64,000 nt of DNA from positions 2,336,001 to 2,400,000 of the forward strand of contig OY820579.1 of assembly GCA_963681965.1 (NCBI GenBank), in the 5' to 3' direction. Of this stretch, positions 20,122-28,641 are shown piece by piece. Under the pieces are notes generated by a model. It was given only the letters and a program-made list of their open reading frames with translations. It was not told the origin of the DNA and did no database searches. This stretch comes from a bacterium. GTDB taxonomy: Bacteria; Electryoneota; JAOADG01. Position numbers and translations under genes: made by a program. Each line of letters opens with the position of its first letter. The stretch's first letter is position 1.

Positions 20122-23100
20122 TGAAACAGAATTTATCGACCAAGATTGAATTAGCGATTCAAAATTCGAAGAGTGAGTCTACATTTATAAAAAATCTCTT
20201 AATCGACACGCTTAATTGGCCGTTACAAGCGGATAAATCGGAATTTACCGACTTTACTTACGAATGGTATCAGCAAGATTTGGGGATCGAAAAAGACCAT
20301 AGCAAAGTGAAAATCGCCTATCAAATTCCCCCCTTTCGAGATGATAATCCCTGGGGAATTTTCGTCATCGAGTTTGCTGATACGAAATTTTTCGCTACGG
20401 GACGCGGTATCACGAAAGACTTGCGCGAGATGCTTCGCGGATTAACCAGCAAGAAGCAAGTTGTGGGACATTTCGAGCGGGAAGGTTTACTCTTCATTTG
20501 TACTTATAATTATGAATATTTCTCCTTTGCGCATTTTAAAAATCCCGGCATTAATTCGAAAACGACCCCGTTGGCAGCATTCGGGTGGGGACCTGACGAT
20601 CCGATTCATACAATCTGCGATTGCAATCTATCGCATTTGTGTTATTCTGACTCATGGACGAACGACGAATGGCGTAAAGAGTGGCAAACGGCCTTCGATG
20701 TCGAGCAAGTTACCGAACGCTTCTATAATGAATATGAGCGAGTTTTTTCCGATTTTGAGAATCGGTTAGTTGTCGAAAAAATCAAAGGCAAAGAGGAATC
20801 TGAAACCAAGCGGATGTTCGCGCAAACGATCTTCAATCGTTTGATGTTTCTACGGTTTATTGAGCGAAAGAATTGGCTTCAATTCGGTAAAGAGAAAGAC
20901 AATCACATATATTTGAACTCGCTCTATCGTGCTGGTGGTTATGACAGTAAGTCTTTTTATCTTGGACGGTTACGGCCGCTATTTTTTTATGGATTAGCGA
21001 AATATAATGAAGGTGATTCGCCAGCTTATGGGATAGTACCATTTTTAAATGGCGGTTTATTTAAGGAAGGAGATATCGATAAAGTCGTTGTCGATCTTCC
21101 TGATGATGTCTTTCAACCACTCCTCGCAAAAGATGGTCTATTGTATCGTTACAATTTTACCGTCGATGAATCGACACCAATCGATATCGAAGTCGGCGTC
21201 GATCCCGAAATGCTGGGAAAGGTGTTTGAGAAGGTCGTCACACGTCCGAAAGACCGAAAAGCAAAAGGCGCGTTTTATACACCCCGGTCAATTGTCGCAT
21301 TCATGTGCAAAGAGGCTTTGAAAGGGTATTTACCCAATTGTGAGCGCTTGATCGATCATTATGATGCTAGTGATATCAGTATTCAACAAGCAAAAAAACT
21401 AATTAAGAAAGTTGAAGCCGTAAAAATTTGCGATCCGGCGTGCGGTTCGGGCGCGTATTTAGTTGGGATGTTGCAGGAACTGTTTCAGATTTTGAAATTA
21501 CTCGATACTGCTGGTAAACTTGAAACCCCGAATATCGCTTATGAAGCGAAATTGAAAATAATACAGAACAATTTATACGGTGTCGATCTTGACGAATTTG
21601 CCGTCCATATCGCGCGGTTGCGGTTATGGCTTTCGTTATCGATCGATAACCCGATGCTTACTCCCGAACCGTTACCGAATCTCGATTATAAAATTGAATG
21701 TGGCGATAGCTTATCGGAATTGGTCCGCACTGAATTTGTGGGGATTGAAGATAAGGACATCAATGAATTTATCGAGATGAAAGAACATTATCTGAATATG
21801 CATAGTATCGATAAAGATGCATACGGCGAGAAAATCGAGAAAATCAGAGAACATTTCAGGATTTGTCGTGGTCGTGTGAAAGGATCGAAAGTATTTGATT
21901 GGGATATCGAATTTGCCGAAGTCATGCATACATACCCACTAGACAATGCTGGCTTCGATATTGTCATTGCGAATCCGCCTTATGGCGTAAAATGTAATGA
22001 AGTCCTACGAGACCGCTATTTTTCGGTTGAAGCCGATGGACAGAAACAGAGCCGGGATAGTTACGGGATTTTCATGGTTCGAGGTATCGAATTATTAAAG
22101 CCGGGTGGTTATTTTACCTATATCATTTCCGATACCTGGCGTACGCTTCGAACGCATTTACCGTTAAGAAAACAACTCCTTAGAACACGAATCGAACATT
22201 TTATCGATTTACCCGATTGGACTTTCGAAGCGGTCGTGAATACGTGTATACTATCCCTCCAAAAAATGAATCCGGAGGAATCGCATACCGTTATTGCCGG
22301 TGATTTGCGTAATCTACCGAAAAAAGATTGGAAAGATCTGGAAAAGCAATTAACGAATATTGCCGGGCACGGTCCTGATGTACAAACCACAACAGCAGCG
22401 AGGTATACCTACCCGCAGGAATTGATTAAATCGTATAACGGATTATCGTTCTTCGTAGCTTCACCGAAGCTATATAAATTTATGTCGGAACCATCATTTA
22501 CATCTGTGGGAACCATTGCGGATGTGGTTGTCGGTCTTCAGACCGGTGATAATAACTATTACATTAGAAAATATCCCGATGCACGAGGAAGCTATATAGA
22601 AATCGATAAACGAAAAGTATTGACTGAAGAAGAAATAACCAATTTAACCAACGATGAAAAGAGTAATGGCATTGACCCAGAGAAGTATAGCGGTCGACAC
22701 TTCTTACCGTATGATAAAGGGGGCGAATCTGATGCTAAAGGGGGGTGGTTGCCAAATTATTTTGTACCAACTGAGTATTATATCGATTGGTCAACAAAGG
22801 CTGTTGAACGTATGAAAAATGATAGGTCTTCACGATTTCAGAATTCAAACCACTATTTTATAAATGGTATTTCATTTTCACGCACCGGTCAATATGCTCC
22901 AACTTTTCGTTTTAATTCGAAGAGTGTATTTGATACTGAAGGTTCGAGCATTGATATTCAAGAAAATAATCAATCCCGAATATCACATTACATTCTGATA
23001 TCATATTTGTGTTCGAAACTTGCGAGGTATTTTTTCAAGTCCTTTATAGACCATACAGTACATGTTCAAGTAGATGAAATAAAAACACTTCCGATACCTA

Positions 23101-23897
23101 TTTCGATTTCCACTGAAATCAATAAAGAAATTACATCAATAGTTGAAAGAATTGTAAATATTCAATCAATTAATCGCATTGCGAACTACCTTCATGAACA
23201 AAACGAAATTGATCAAATCGTTTATAGTGTTTATGGTCTTACTAATGATGACATTCGCGAAATCGAGCTCTGGTACTGTCGTCGCTATCCGAAGCTAGCC
23301 GAAGCACAAGGCGTATTGGCTGAAGTAAAAACCAAATACGCTTCCCATCTACAACGGTGCGAATTAGTTCTTTCCAAACCACCACATTATTGGAAGTCGC
23401 ATCTACTCTTGCAATTGATTGCCCAAGGGGAAGGGCAACAACTCGAATTCAAAGCGACTTTTGCGCATGATCTTGCAACAAAATCCGAGAACAAAAATCT
23501 ACATTTGGAAGTATTGAAAACGATCGCCGCCTTTCTGAATTCGACTACAGGTGGAATATTACTGATTGGCGTCAAAAATTCCGGTGAGATTACCGGTATC
23601 GAGCAGGATTATCCATACTGTCAAACTGGACATTGCGACCGCGATGGTTTTGAGCTCCGGATCCGTTCGATGACAACCTCCCGTTTCGATCCACAACCGT
23701 ATGAGAAGATTCTCTTCACCTTCTTCGAAATTGATGGGAAGACCGTCTGTCAGATTAATGTCAAGCCGGAGCCTCGTCCCGAAGGAATTTACCTTGATGG
23801 CGATTTATTTATTCGCGACGGCAATAAAACCCAGAAATTGACCGGTGCCGATATCGGTCGCTGGGTTGCGAATCGAACCACGCATTCCTCCGCCTGA
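20121..23897 (+). CDS. Eco57I/Type IIG-like N6-adenine DNA methyltransferase with TRD and C-terminal AlbA_2 (Schlafen-like) domain
   Basis: TGATG coupling to the helicase. GAFYTP, ICDPACGSG, VIANPPY, TRD region. C-terminal GEGQQLEFK..TIAAFLNSTTGGILLIGV..FIRDGNKT. Confidence 0.9.
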   Translation: MKQNLSTKIELAIQNSKSESTFIKNLLIDTLNWPLQADKSEFTDFTYEWYQQDLGIEKDHSKVKIAYQIPPFRDDNPWGIFVIEFADTKFFATGRGITKDLREMLRGLTSKKQVVGHFEREGLLFICTYNYEYFSFAHFKNPGINSKTTPLAAFGWGPDDPIHTICDCNLSHLCYSDSWTNDEWRKEWQTAFDVEQVTERFYNEYERVFSDFENRLVVEKIKGKEESETKRMFAQTIFNRLMFLRFIERKNWLQFGKEKDNHIYLNSLYRAGGYDSKSFYLGRLRPLFFYGLAKYNEGDSPAYGIVPFLNGGLFKEGDIDKVVVDLPDDVFQPLLAKDGLLYRYNFTVDESTPIDIEVGVDPEMLGKVFEKVVTRPKDRKAKGAFYTPRSIVAFMCKEALKGYLPNCERLIDHYDASDISIQQAKKLIKKVEAVKICDPACGSGAYLVGMLQELFQILKLLDTAGKLETPNIAYEAKLKIIQNNLYGVDLDEFAVHIARLRLWLSLSIDNPMLTPEPLPNLDYKIECGDSLSELVRTEFVGIEDKDINEFIEMKEHYLNMHSIDKDAYGEKIEKIREHFRICRGRVKGSKVFDWDIEFAEVMHTYPLDNAGFDIVIANPPYGVKCNEVLRDRYFSVEADGQKQSRDSYGIFMVRGIELLKPGGYFTYIISDTWRTLRTHLPLRKQLLRTRIEHFIDLPDWTFEAVVNTCILSLQKMNPEESHTVIAGDLRNLPKKDWKDLEKQLTNIAGHGPDVQTTTAARYTYPQELIKSYNGLSFFVASPKLYKFMSEPSFTSVGTIADVVVGLQTGDNNYYIRKYPDARGSYIEIDKRKVLTEEEITNLTNDEKSNGIDPEKYSGRHFLPYDKGGESDAKGGWLPNYFVPTEYYIDWSTKAVERMKNDRSSRFQNSNHYFINGISFSRTGQYAPTFRFNSKSVFDTEGSSIDIQENNQSRISHYILISYLCSKLARYFFKSFIDHTVHVQVDEIKTLPIPISISTEINKEITSIVERIVNIQSINRIANYLHEQNEIDQIVYSVYGLTNDDIREIELWYCRRYPKLAEAQGVLAEVKTKYASHLQRCELVLSKPPHYWKSHLLLQLIAQGEGQQLEFKATFAHDLATKSENKNLHLEVLKTIAAFLNSTTGGILLIGVKNSGEITGIEQDYPYCQTGHCDRDGFELRIRSMTTSRFDPQPYEKILFTFFEIDGKTVCQINVKPEPRPEGIYLDGDLFIRDGNKTQKLTGADIGRWVANRTTHSSA

Positions 23898-24039
23898 TGT
23901 CCTCCATCGGCGATCACGGCGGCTGGCCGATTCAGTGACATATGCAATCGAATTTTCATCGCTGACAATGGAAGTCGCAATTTTATAAGGAATGAATCAC
24001 AGGAATTGCACAAAAACCACCGTATTCAATGGAGACATC

Positions 24040-26067
24040 ATGAAAAAATACCCACTTGTTATTCAATTTGTGTACAACCCGGAATCAGCCGATGCCGAAG
24101 GGCTTGCACAATCGCTCCACGATGTATTCAATCGGAACCGCGCTGTGCCGGGATTGCAAATTCCCACGCGCTTCATGCCCATGCATCGACACGTTCCTGA
24201 TATTTCGTCACAATTGCTTGAAGAAGCCGAACAAATTGTCTATGTCTTGCTTTTGGACGATTACATCACTACGAATCACAAAAATACCGAGCCAGTAACT
24301 TGGTCGAAATACATCCTAGATATATGCCGCCAAGCTCAAAGGAAGAAATCAAATGCCCGTTTAATTCCGATTCAGCTAACCCGCTACGGTCTTCCTGATG
24401 CTCCGCCGATGTCAAATCTGAATGCCGTCCGTGCCTGGGCAATTTCCGACCGACAGGAGCGCGATGCACATATCGCACGATACATCACTCAAAATCTGAT
24501 CCGCTACTTGTTACCCGAACAAAAAAACAAAGATGCCGTACCAATCGAGATCTTTATCAGCCATACCAAATTGGATTTAAATACTGATCCTTTTGCCGTA
24601 AATCAGTTGATCGAGTATTTGACGATCAATCGTCCGGTAAAAGGATGGTACGATGAGGGTGACATTGAACCGGGATCAGAATTTGGCGAGAGAATTTTTA
24701 GCGGTGTAGAAAAATCCTCGATGCTCGTTATTGCTACCGATCATTATTCCACTCGAACATGGTGTCGGAAAGAATTGATTCACGCCAAACTGAACAATCG
24801 CCCGATTGTTGTCGCCAATGCGATTTCCAACAAAGAGAATCGCAGTTTTCCTTATCTGGGCAATGTACCCGTTATTCGCTGGCAGAATAACCCGCGCGAG
24901 GTTATTGATCTCGTGTTGCAAGAAACTTTGCGTTCGCTGTTCGTGACGCGCGTTTTACAAAATGAAATTGCAAACCAGCAATTTATTCCCAATCCTCCTG
25001 AGTTACTGACGCTGAAGCATCATTCACAAAATCATCGACGAAAGAATACGAAAGTGTATTTTTATCCCGATCCGCCATTGAATGAAGAGGAGCGACTGAT
25101 TCTACAGAATGATCGGATTCACTATACGACGCCATTGCAACATTTTGCCGACCAACATCAACCAACCAGGCTCCCAATGATTGCACTTTCGATTTCAGAA
25201 TCGTCGGATATCGGCGATTACGGATTACGAAAGTGTCATCTGGACGAGTTTTACTTTGAATTATCGCGATACTTACTACTAGCTGGTTACCGGCTTGCTT
25301 ATGGTGGCGATCTCCGTAATGACGGGTATACGCTAAGACTCGTAGATGTAACCCACGATCCTGCGCTCGAAGTTATCTCCCAATCGAGACCGGCACGTGC
25401 CAACAATCGTAAACCGCTCGTTTGTTATCGTCCTTGGCCAAAAAGTAAAATCCCATTGGAAGCGTCGCAAGTTTTACCCGTCGCTGAATGGATCGCTTGT
25501 CCGAAACCTGCTGAAAAATTCTTTAATTTCACGACTGGAAAACCGATTGGAAAGGATTCGCTTCGCAGATTTGAAATTGCACTTGGTTTGACTGAGATGC
25601 GGAGAAAGCAGTCAAAAGAATGCTTAGCTCGCATAGTGATTGGCGGCAAGCTCGGTAGAAAAAATGATGAGTATTCCGGAATTCTACCGGGGACGTTAGA
25701 AGAGACGCTCTACAGTATCCAATACAGTAAACCAGTCTATCTAATCGGCGCCTTCGGTGGCTGTGCCAAAGCGTTGAGCGATCAGATAGTACACAACATT
25801 CCACGCAATGAACTGACGGAATATTTTCAAGCTTTAACACCTCACCGAAAGCTGTTAGAAAAACTCTACACAAGCCAACGCGTAAGGTTTCCATCACTTG
25901 AAGAATTTTCAAAAACTTGCGATATAAACGGAAGTAAAATGTTAAATAACGGTCTGGATTCAGCCGATAATCTTGTATTGTCGGAAACCCGCTCACCCGA
26001 GAAGATCGTGGAGTTGATTTTGAAAGGGCTGTATCAACATCAACCTCGACGGAAATCAGTGACGTAA
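24040..26067 (+). CDS. TIR-SLOG (cluster-2 type) protein with an additional degenerate TIR-like N-terminus
   Basis: TIR: IFISHT..WYDEGDIEPG..YSTRTWCRKEL..RPIVV. SLOG: IALSISES..LAYGGDLR..ARIVIGGK..YSG.LPG.LEE..PVYLIGAFGGCA. GGAG RBS. Confidence 0.85.
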   Translation: MKKYPLVIQFVYNPESADAEGLAQSLHDVFNRNRAVPGLQIPTRFMPMHRHVPDISSQLLEEAEQIVYVLLLDDYITTNHKNTEPVTWSKYILDICRQAQRKKSNARLIPIQLTRYGLPDAPPMSNLNAVRAWAISDRQERDAHIARYITQNLIRYLLPEQKNKDAVPIEIFISHTKLDLNTDPFAVNQLIEYLTINRPVKGWYDEGDIEPGSEFGERIFSGVEKSSMLVIATDHYSTRTWCRKELIHAKLNNRPIVVANAISNKENRSFPYLGNVPVIRWQNNPREVIDLVLQETLRSLFVTRVLQNEIANQQFIPNPPELLTLKHHSQNHRRKNTKVYFYPDPPLNEEERLILQNDRIHYTTPLQHFADQHQPTRLPMIALSISESSDIGDYGLRKCHLDEFYFELSRYLLLAGYRLAYGGDLRNDGYTLRLVDVTHDPALEVISQSRPARANNRKPLVCYRPWPKSKIPLEASQVLPVAEWIACPKPAEKFFNFTTGKPIGKDSLRRFEIALGLTEMRRKQSKECLARIVIGGKLGRKNDEYSGILPGTLEETLYSIQYSKPVYLIGAFGGCAKALSDQIVHNIPRNELTEYFQALTPHRKLLEKLYTSQRVRFPSLEEFSKTCDINGSKMLNNGLDSADNLVLSETRSPEKIVELILKGLYQHQPRRKSVT

Positions 26068-26583
26068 TCAGAATGTGGAACCGAAAAGAACTCAACAGCG
26101 TAAGTAATCGGGAGGTCTGATTGGTCCTTTAGAGGCTTGTGGAAGTGCACTGAGAGGCATCTCTCAAAGTTTGATGTTTAGGAATGGTTTGCTTATCTGA
26201 TTATGTAAGTAACTCTCTTATTGTATTGTTATTACTGATCTTATTGTTTTTAAAAAGTTGCCGCGGGGTTGAATAATTCACATTCTTTGATGCAAACGGG
26301 TGATATTTTCATTGCGAATCCGTGCGATTACTTGAGAAATTACCCTTTTATTAGTGGAAACGCTTGCGAAATGAGTCCGGACATTTTATCTTATCGCGTC
26401 GTTCGATTTGTCTTGTTGTTTTATTTGACGGAACAACATAATTGTCGAATGAGCTTGAAACGAGATGTGAAATTTTTCTCGACCGCACCACATGAGTCGA
26501 AGCTTCCATCTCTTGATCGTGCGCATCCTGCTTTGTTGCACTTGATCGAAAAACGAAATGCACTGGACAAGGAACAGAACATA

Positions 26584-28083
26584 ATGGGTTTGACGAACCG
26601 CGAAACTGACGAAACTTTTCGTGATGATGCAAATTCATCGGATCCAAATCCCACCCCAAGACAACCGAAACTTTTCGCAAAGTCAGCAATAGATTCTTCG
26701 GTTCACTCCAATGATAATGGAAACTCAAATGTTCCCCCGCAAAGTCCGGGAATGGGAATCACAAACTCATTTGATCATAACTATTGTGATAAAAAATTTC
26801 TTATTAACATGATTTATCCAAATATTGAGAAACTGGAGTTGGAGATAAATGACAAGAAAATTGAAATAAATGTTCGCGAATTCATGATTAATTTGTATGA
26901 AAATTTACGTCAAAGTCTTTTTCTCTGGAATTCCGAAAAACCATTACTATTAGACTGTAAATACAATAGCTTTGATCATTCTCAAGTAATATCAAACATA
27001 ACCAATAATGGATATCTATATGTTGCTGTTATTTGCAAAGGGTTTGAGCAACATAAAGTGTTCTGCGATGAATTATATAAATTACTAGTTAAATTTAAAG
27101 ATAATTTAGAATATTTAAAGATATTCACTATTGATGGAACAAAGCCGCCGGAACAATTATATCCTACCTTCGATTTAACGCATATTGACATTAATAATTG
27201 TGAAACCCCTGAGATGATTTGTAATTATTTAATCGAATACATGAAATCTGGTTCAATTTTATTAAATTTAAAAAAACGTTCTGAGAATGACGCAGAAAAA
27301 ATTGCCGCAACTTTTGAGGATCTTTCTTTGATTTCTTTATTCCAAAATCACACATTGGCACCTTCACTATGTTCGCTCATTGAATTTCTGCGTTTTTGCA
27401 AGGATTATAAAACGATAAACCTTATCTGTAGAGATCTAGCAACATTATTGTTCTATATAAACTCTCTAGATCAACTTGCTACTTTAAAAGACGACGATAA
27501 TACGAGCAGTAATTTTAGATCTAAATTATCTGACAAAGAATTAAATTCTTTAAATACTGGGTTATCTAAAATTCAACTCTCATTAAATAGTTTGGGCAAC
27601 TATTTGTTTTCTATAAGCAAAACGACTTTTGATAGTACTTCTTATACCAGTAAAGTAAATAATTCTATTTTTCTAGGTAACAAATTACGCGCAATTCTTG
27701 AACATAGAATTGGTAGACAATCTGGATCAAACGGTATTGATATTGATAATTCTATTTTTGTGATAAGATTTTTGTTAGAAAACATCGATGAAAAACTAAC
27801 CGTTACTTATAATAGCGCCAATGTTAATTTTATCATTAATACTATTCATAATAAAGATCGCTCGCTAAAAAGGGTTCTTAAAATACTTATTAGTGTATCA
27901 GATGATCATAACCAATGTACGATTGATAGTATGCATAAATATATGAAAAGGGAGATTCCGACTGTTGATAATGTCGAAAAGATGAAATCCTTAGTGACAT
28001 TCTTGAAAGCAACTTATGCACATAATCAAGAAGGATACTATCCATTATATACAAAAGATAGTAAACAGAGGGTATCGTTATGA
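26584..28083 (+). CDS. Hypothetical protein, possible highly divergent TIR-like domain
   Basis: Long AT-rich ORF (frame open from 26269; start uncertain). VAVICKGFEQHKVFCDEL..KIFTIDGTKPPEQL..HIDI follows TIR spacing. Confidence 0.7.
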   Translation: MGLTNRETDETFRDDANSSDPNPTPRQPKLFAKSAIDSSVHSNDNGNSNVPPQSPGMGITNSFDHNYCDKKFLINMIYPNIEKLELEINDKKIEINVREFMINLYENLRQSLFLWNSEKPLLLDCKYNSFDHSQVISNITNNGYLYVAVICKGFEQHKVFCDELYKLLVKFKDNLEYLKIFTIDGTKPPEQLYPTFDLTHIDINNCETPEMICNYLIEYMKSGSILLNLKKRSENDAEKIAATFEDLSLISLFQNHTLAPSLCSLIEFLRFCKDYKTINLICRDLATLLFYINSLDQLATLKDDDNTSSNFRSKLSDKELNSLNTGLSKIQLSLNSLGNYLFSISKTTFDSTSYTSKVNNSIFLGNKLRAILEHRIGRQSGSNGIDIDNSIFVIRFLLENIDEKLTVTYNSANVNFIINTIHNKDRSLKRVLKILISVSDDHNQCTIDSMHKYMKREIPTVDNVEKMKSLVTFLKATYAHNQEGYYPLYTKDSKQRVSL

Positions 28084-28628
28084 TAATTAAACATAACTTT
28101 GCTCAACATCCTATTGATGTGTTCTCACAGTTTTCTGAGATCGATGAAACGTCATTATATAATGTTTGGATTATTCTCAATAATCATCTTTTAAGATTAG
28201 AATCCATCAATGCATACAAAGAATTCGCCAGCAGTATTCTTGCTTTTTACAGGTTTTCGATTGATTGTTGTATTAGAAATAATTTTTCTAAATTTGGTTT
28301 TGACGAATTAATTTTTAGCATCTATGATGTTTACTATTCTGTCGGAATAAAACTTGAGATCGATACTACTATGCAATTTGACAAGGATGCAGATTTTGAA
28401 TTGATTAAAATTAATATTATCCCACTACTTCAAGACATAGTATCAGAAATTCGATATTTATCCGCTTCATTGCCCCTCTTAACTGTAAGTTCTGCTGAAA
28501 ACGATCCAGATAGTGAATCTGAAAGTAAACCTAAATTATTAGTTCTTCGAAATGCAGCATTTTTGGAACCTCTTGTTGATAGCTTGGATTTTTCGAAGAT
28601 GTTCAACCGTATCTGTCATTCTGAATAG
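28080..28628 (+). CDS. Hypothetical protein (182 aa, predicted helical)
   Basis: ATGA overlap with the upstream gene. Ends 13 nt before the next start. Confidence 0.7.
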   Translation: MIIKHNFAQHPIDVFSQFSEIDETSLYNVWIILNNHLLRLESINAYKEFASSILAFYRFSIDCCIRNNFSKFGFDELIFSIYDVYYSVGIKLEIDTTMQFDKDADFELIKINIIPLLQDIVSEIRYLSASLPLLTVSSAENDPDSESESKPKLLVLRNAAFLEPLVDSLDFSKMFNRICHSE

Positions 28629-28641
28629 TGTAGGAGAATTA

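Noticed and set aside
16960-23897. Calling the helicase/MTase pair DISARM or BREX
   Set aside because: No DrmA/DrmB or PglZ/BrxC-like genes are visible. Only shared domain types.
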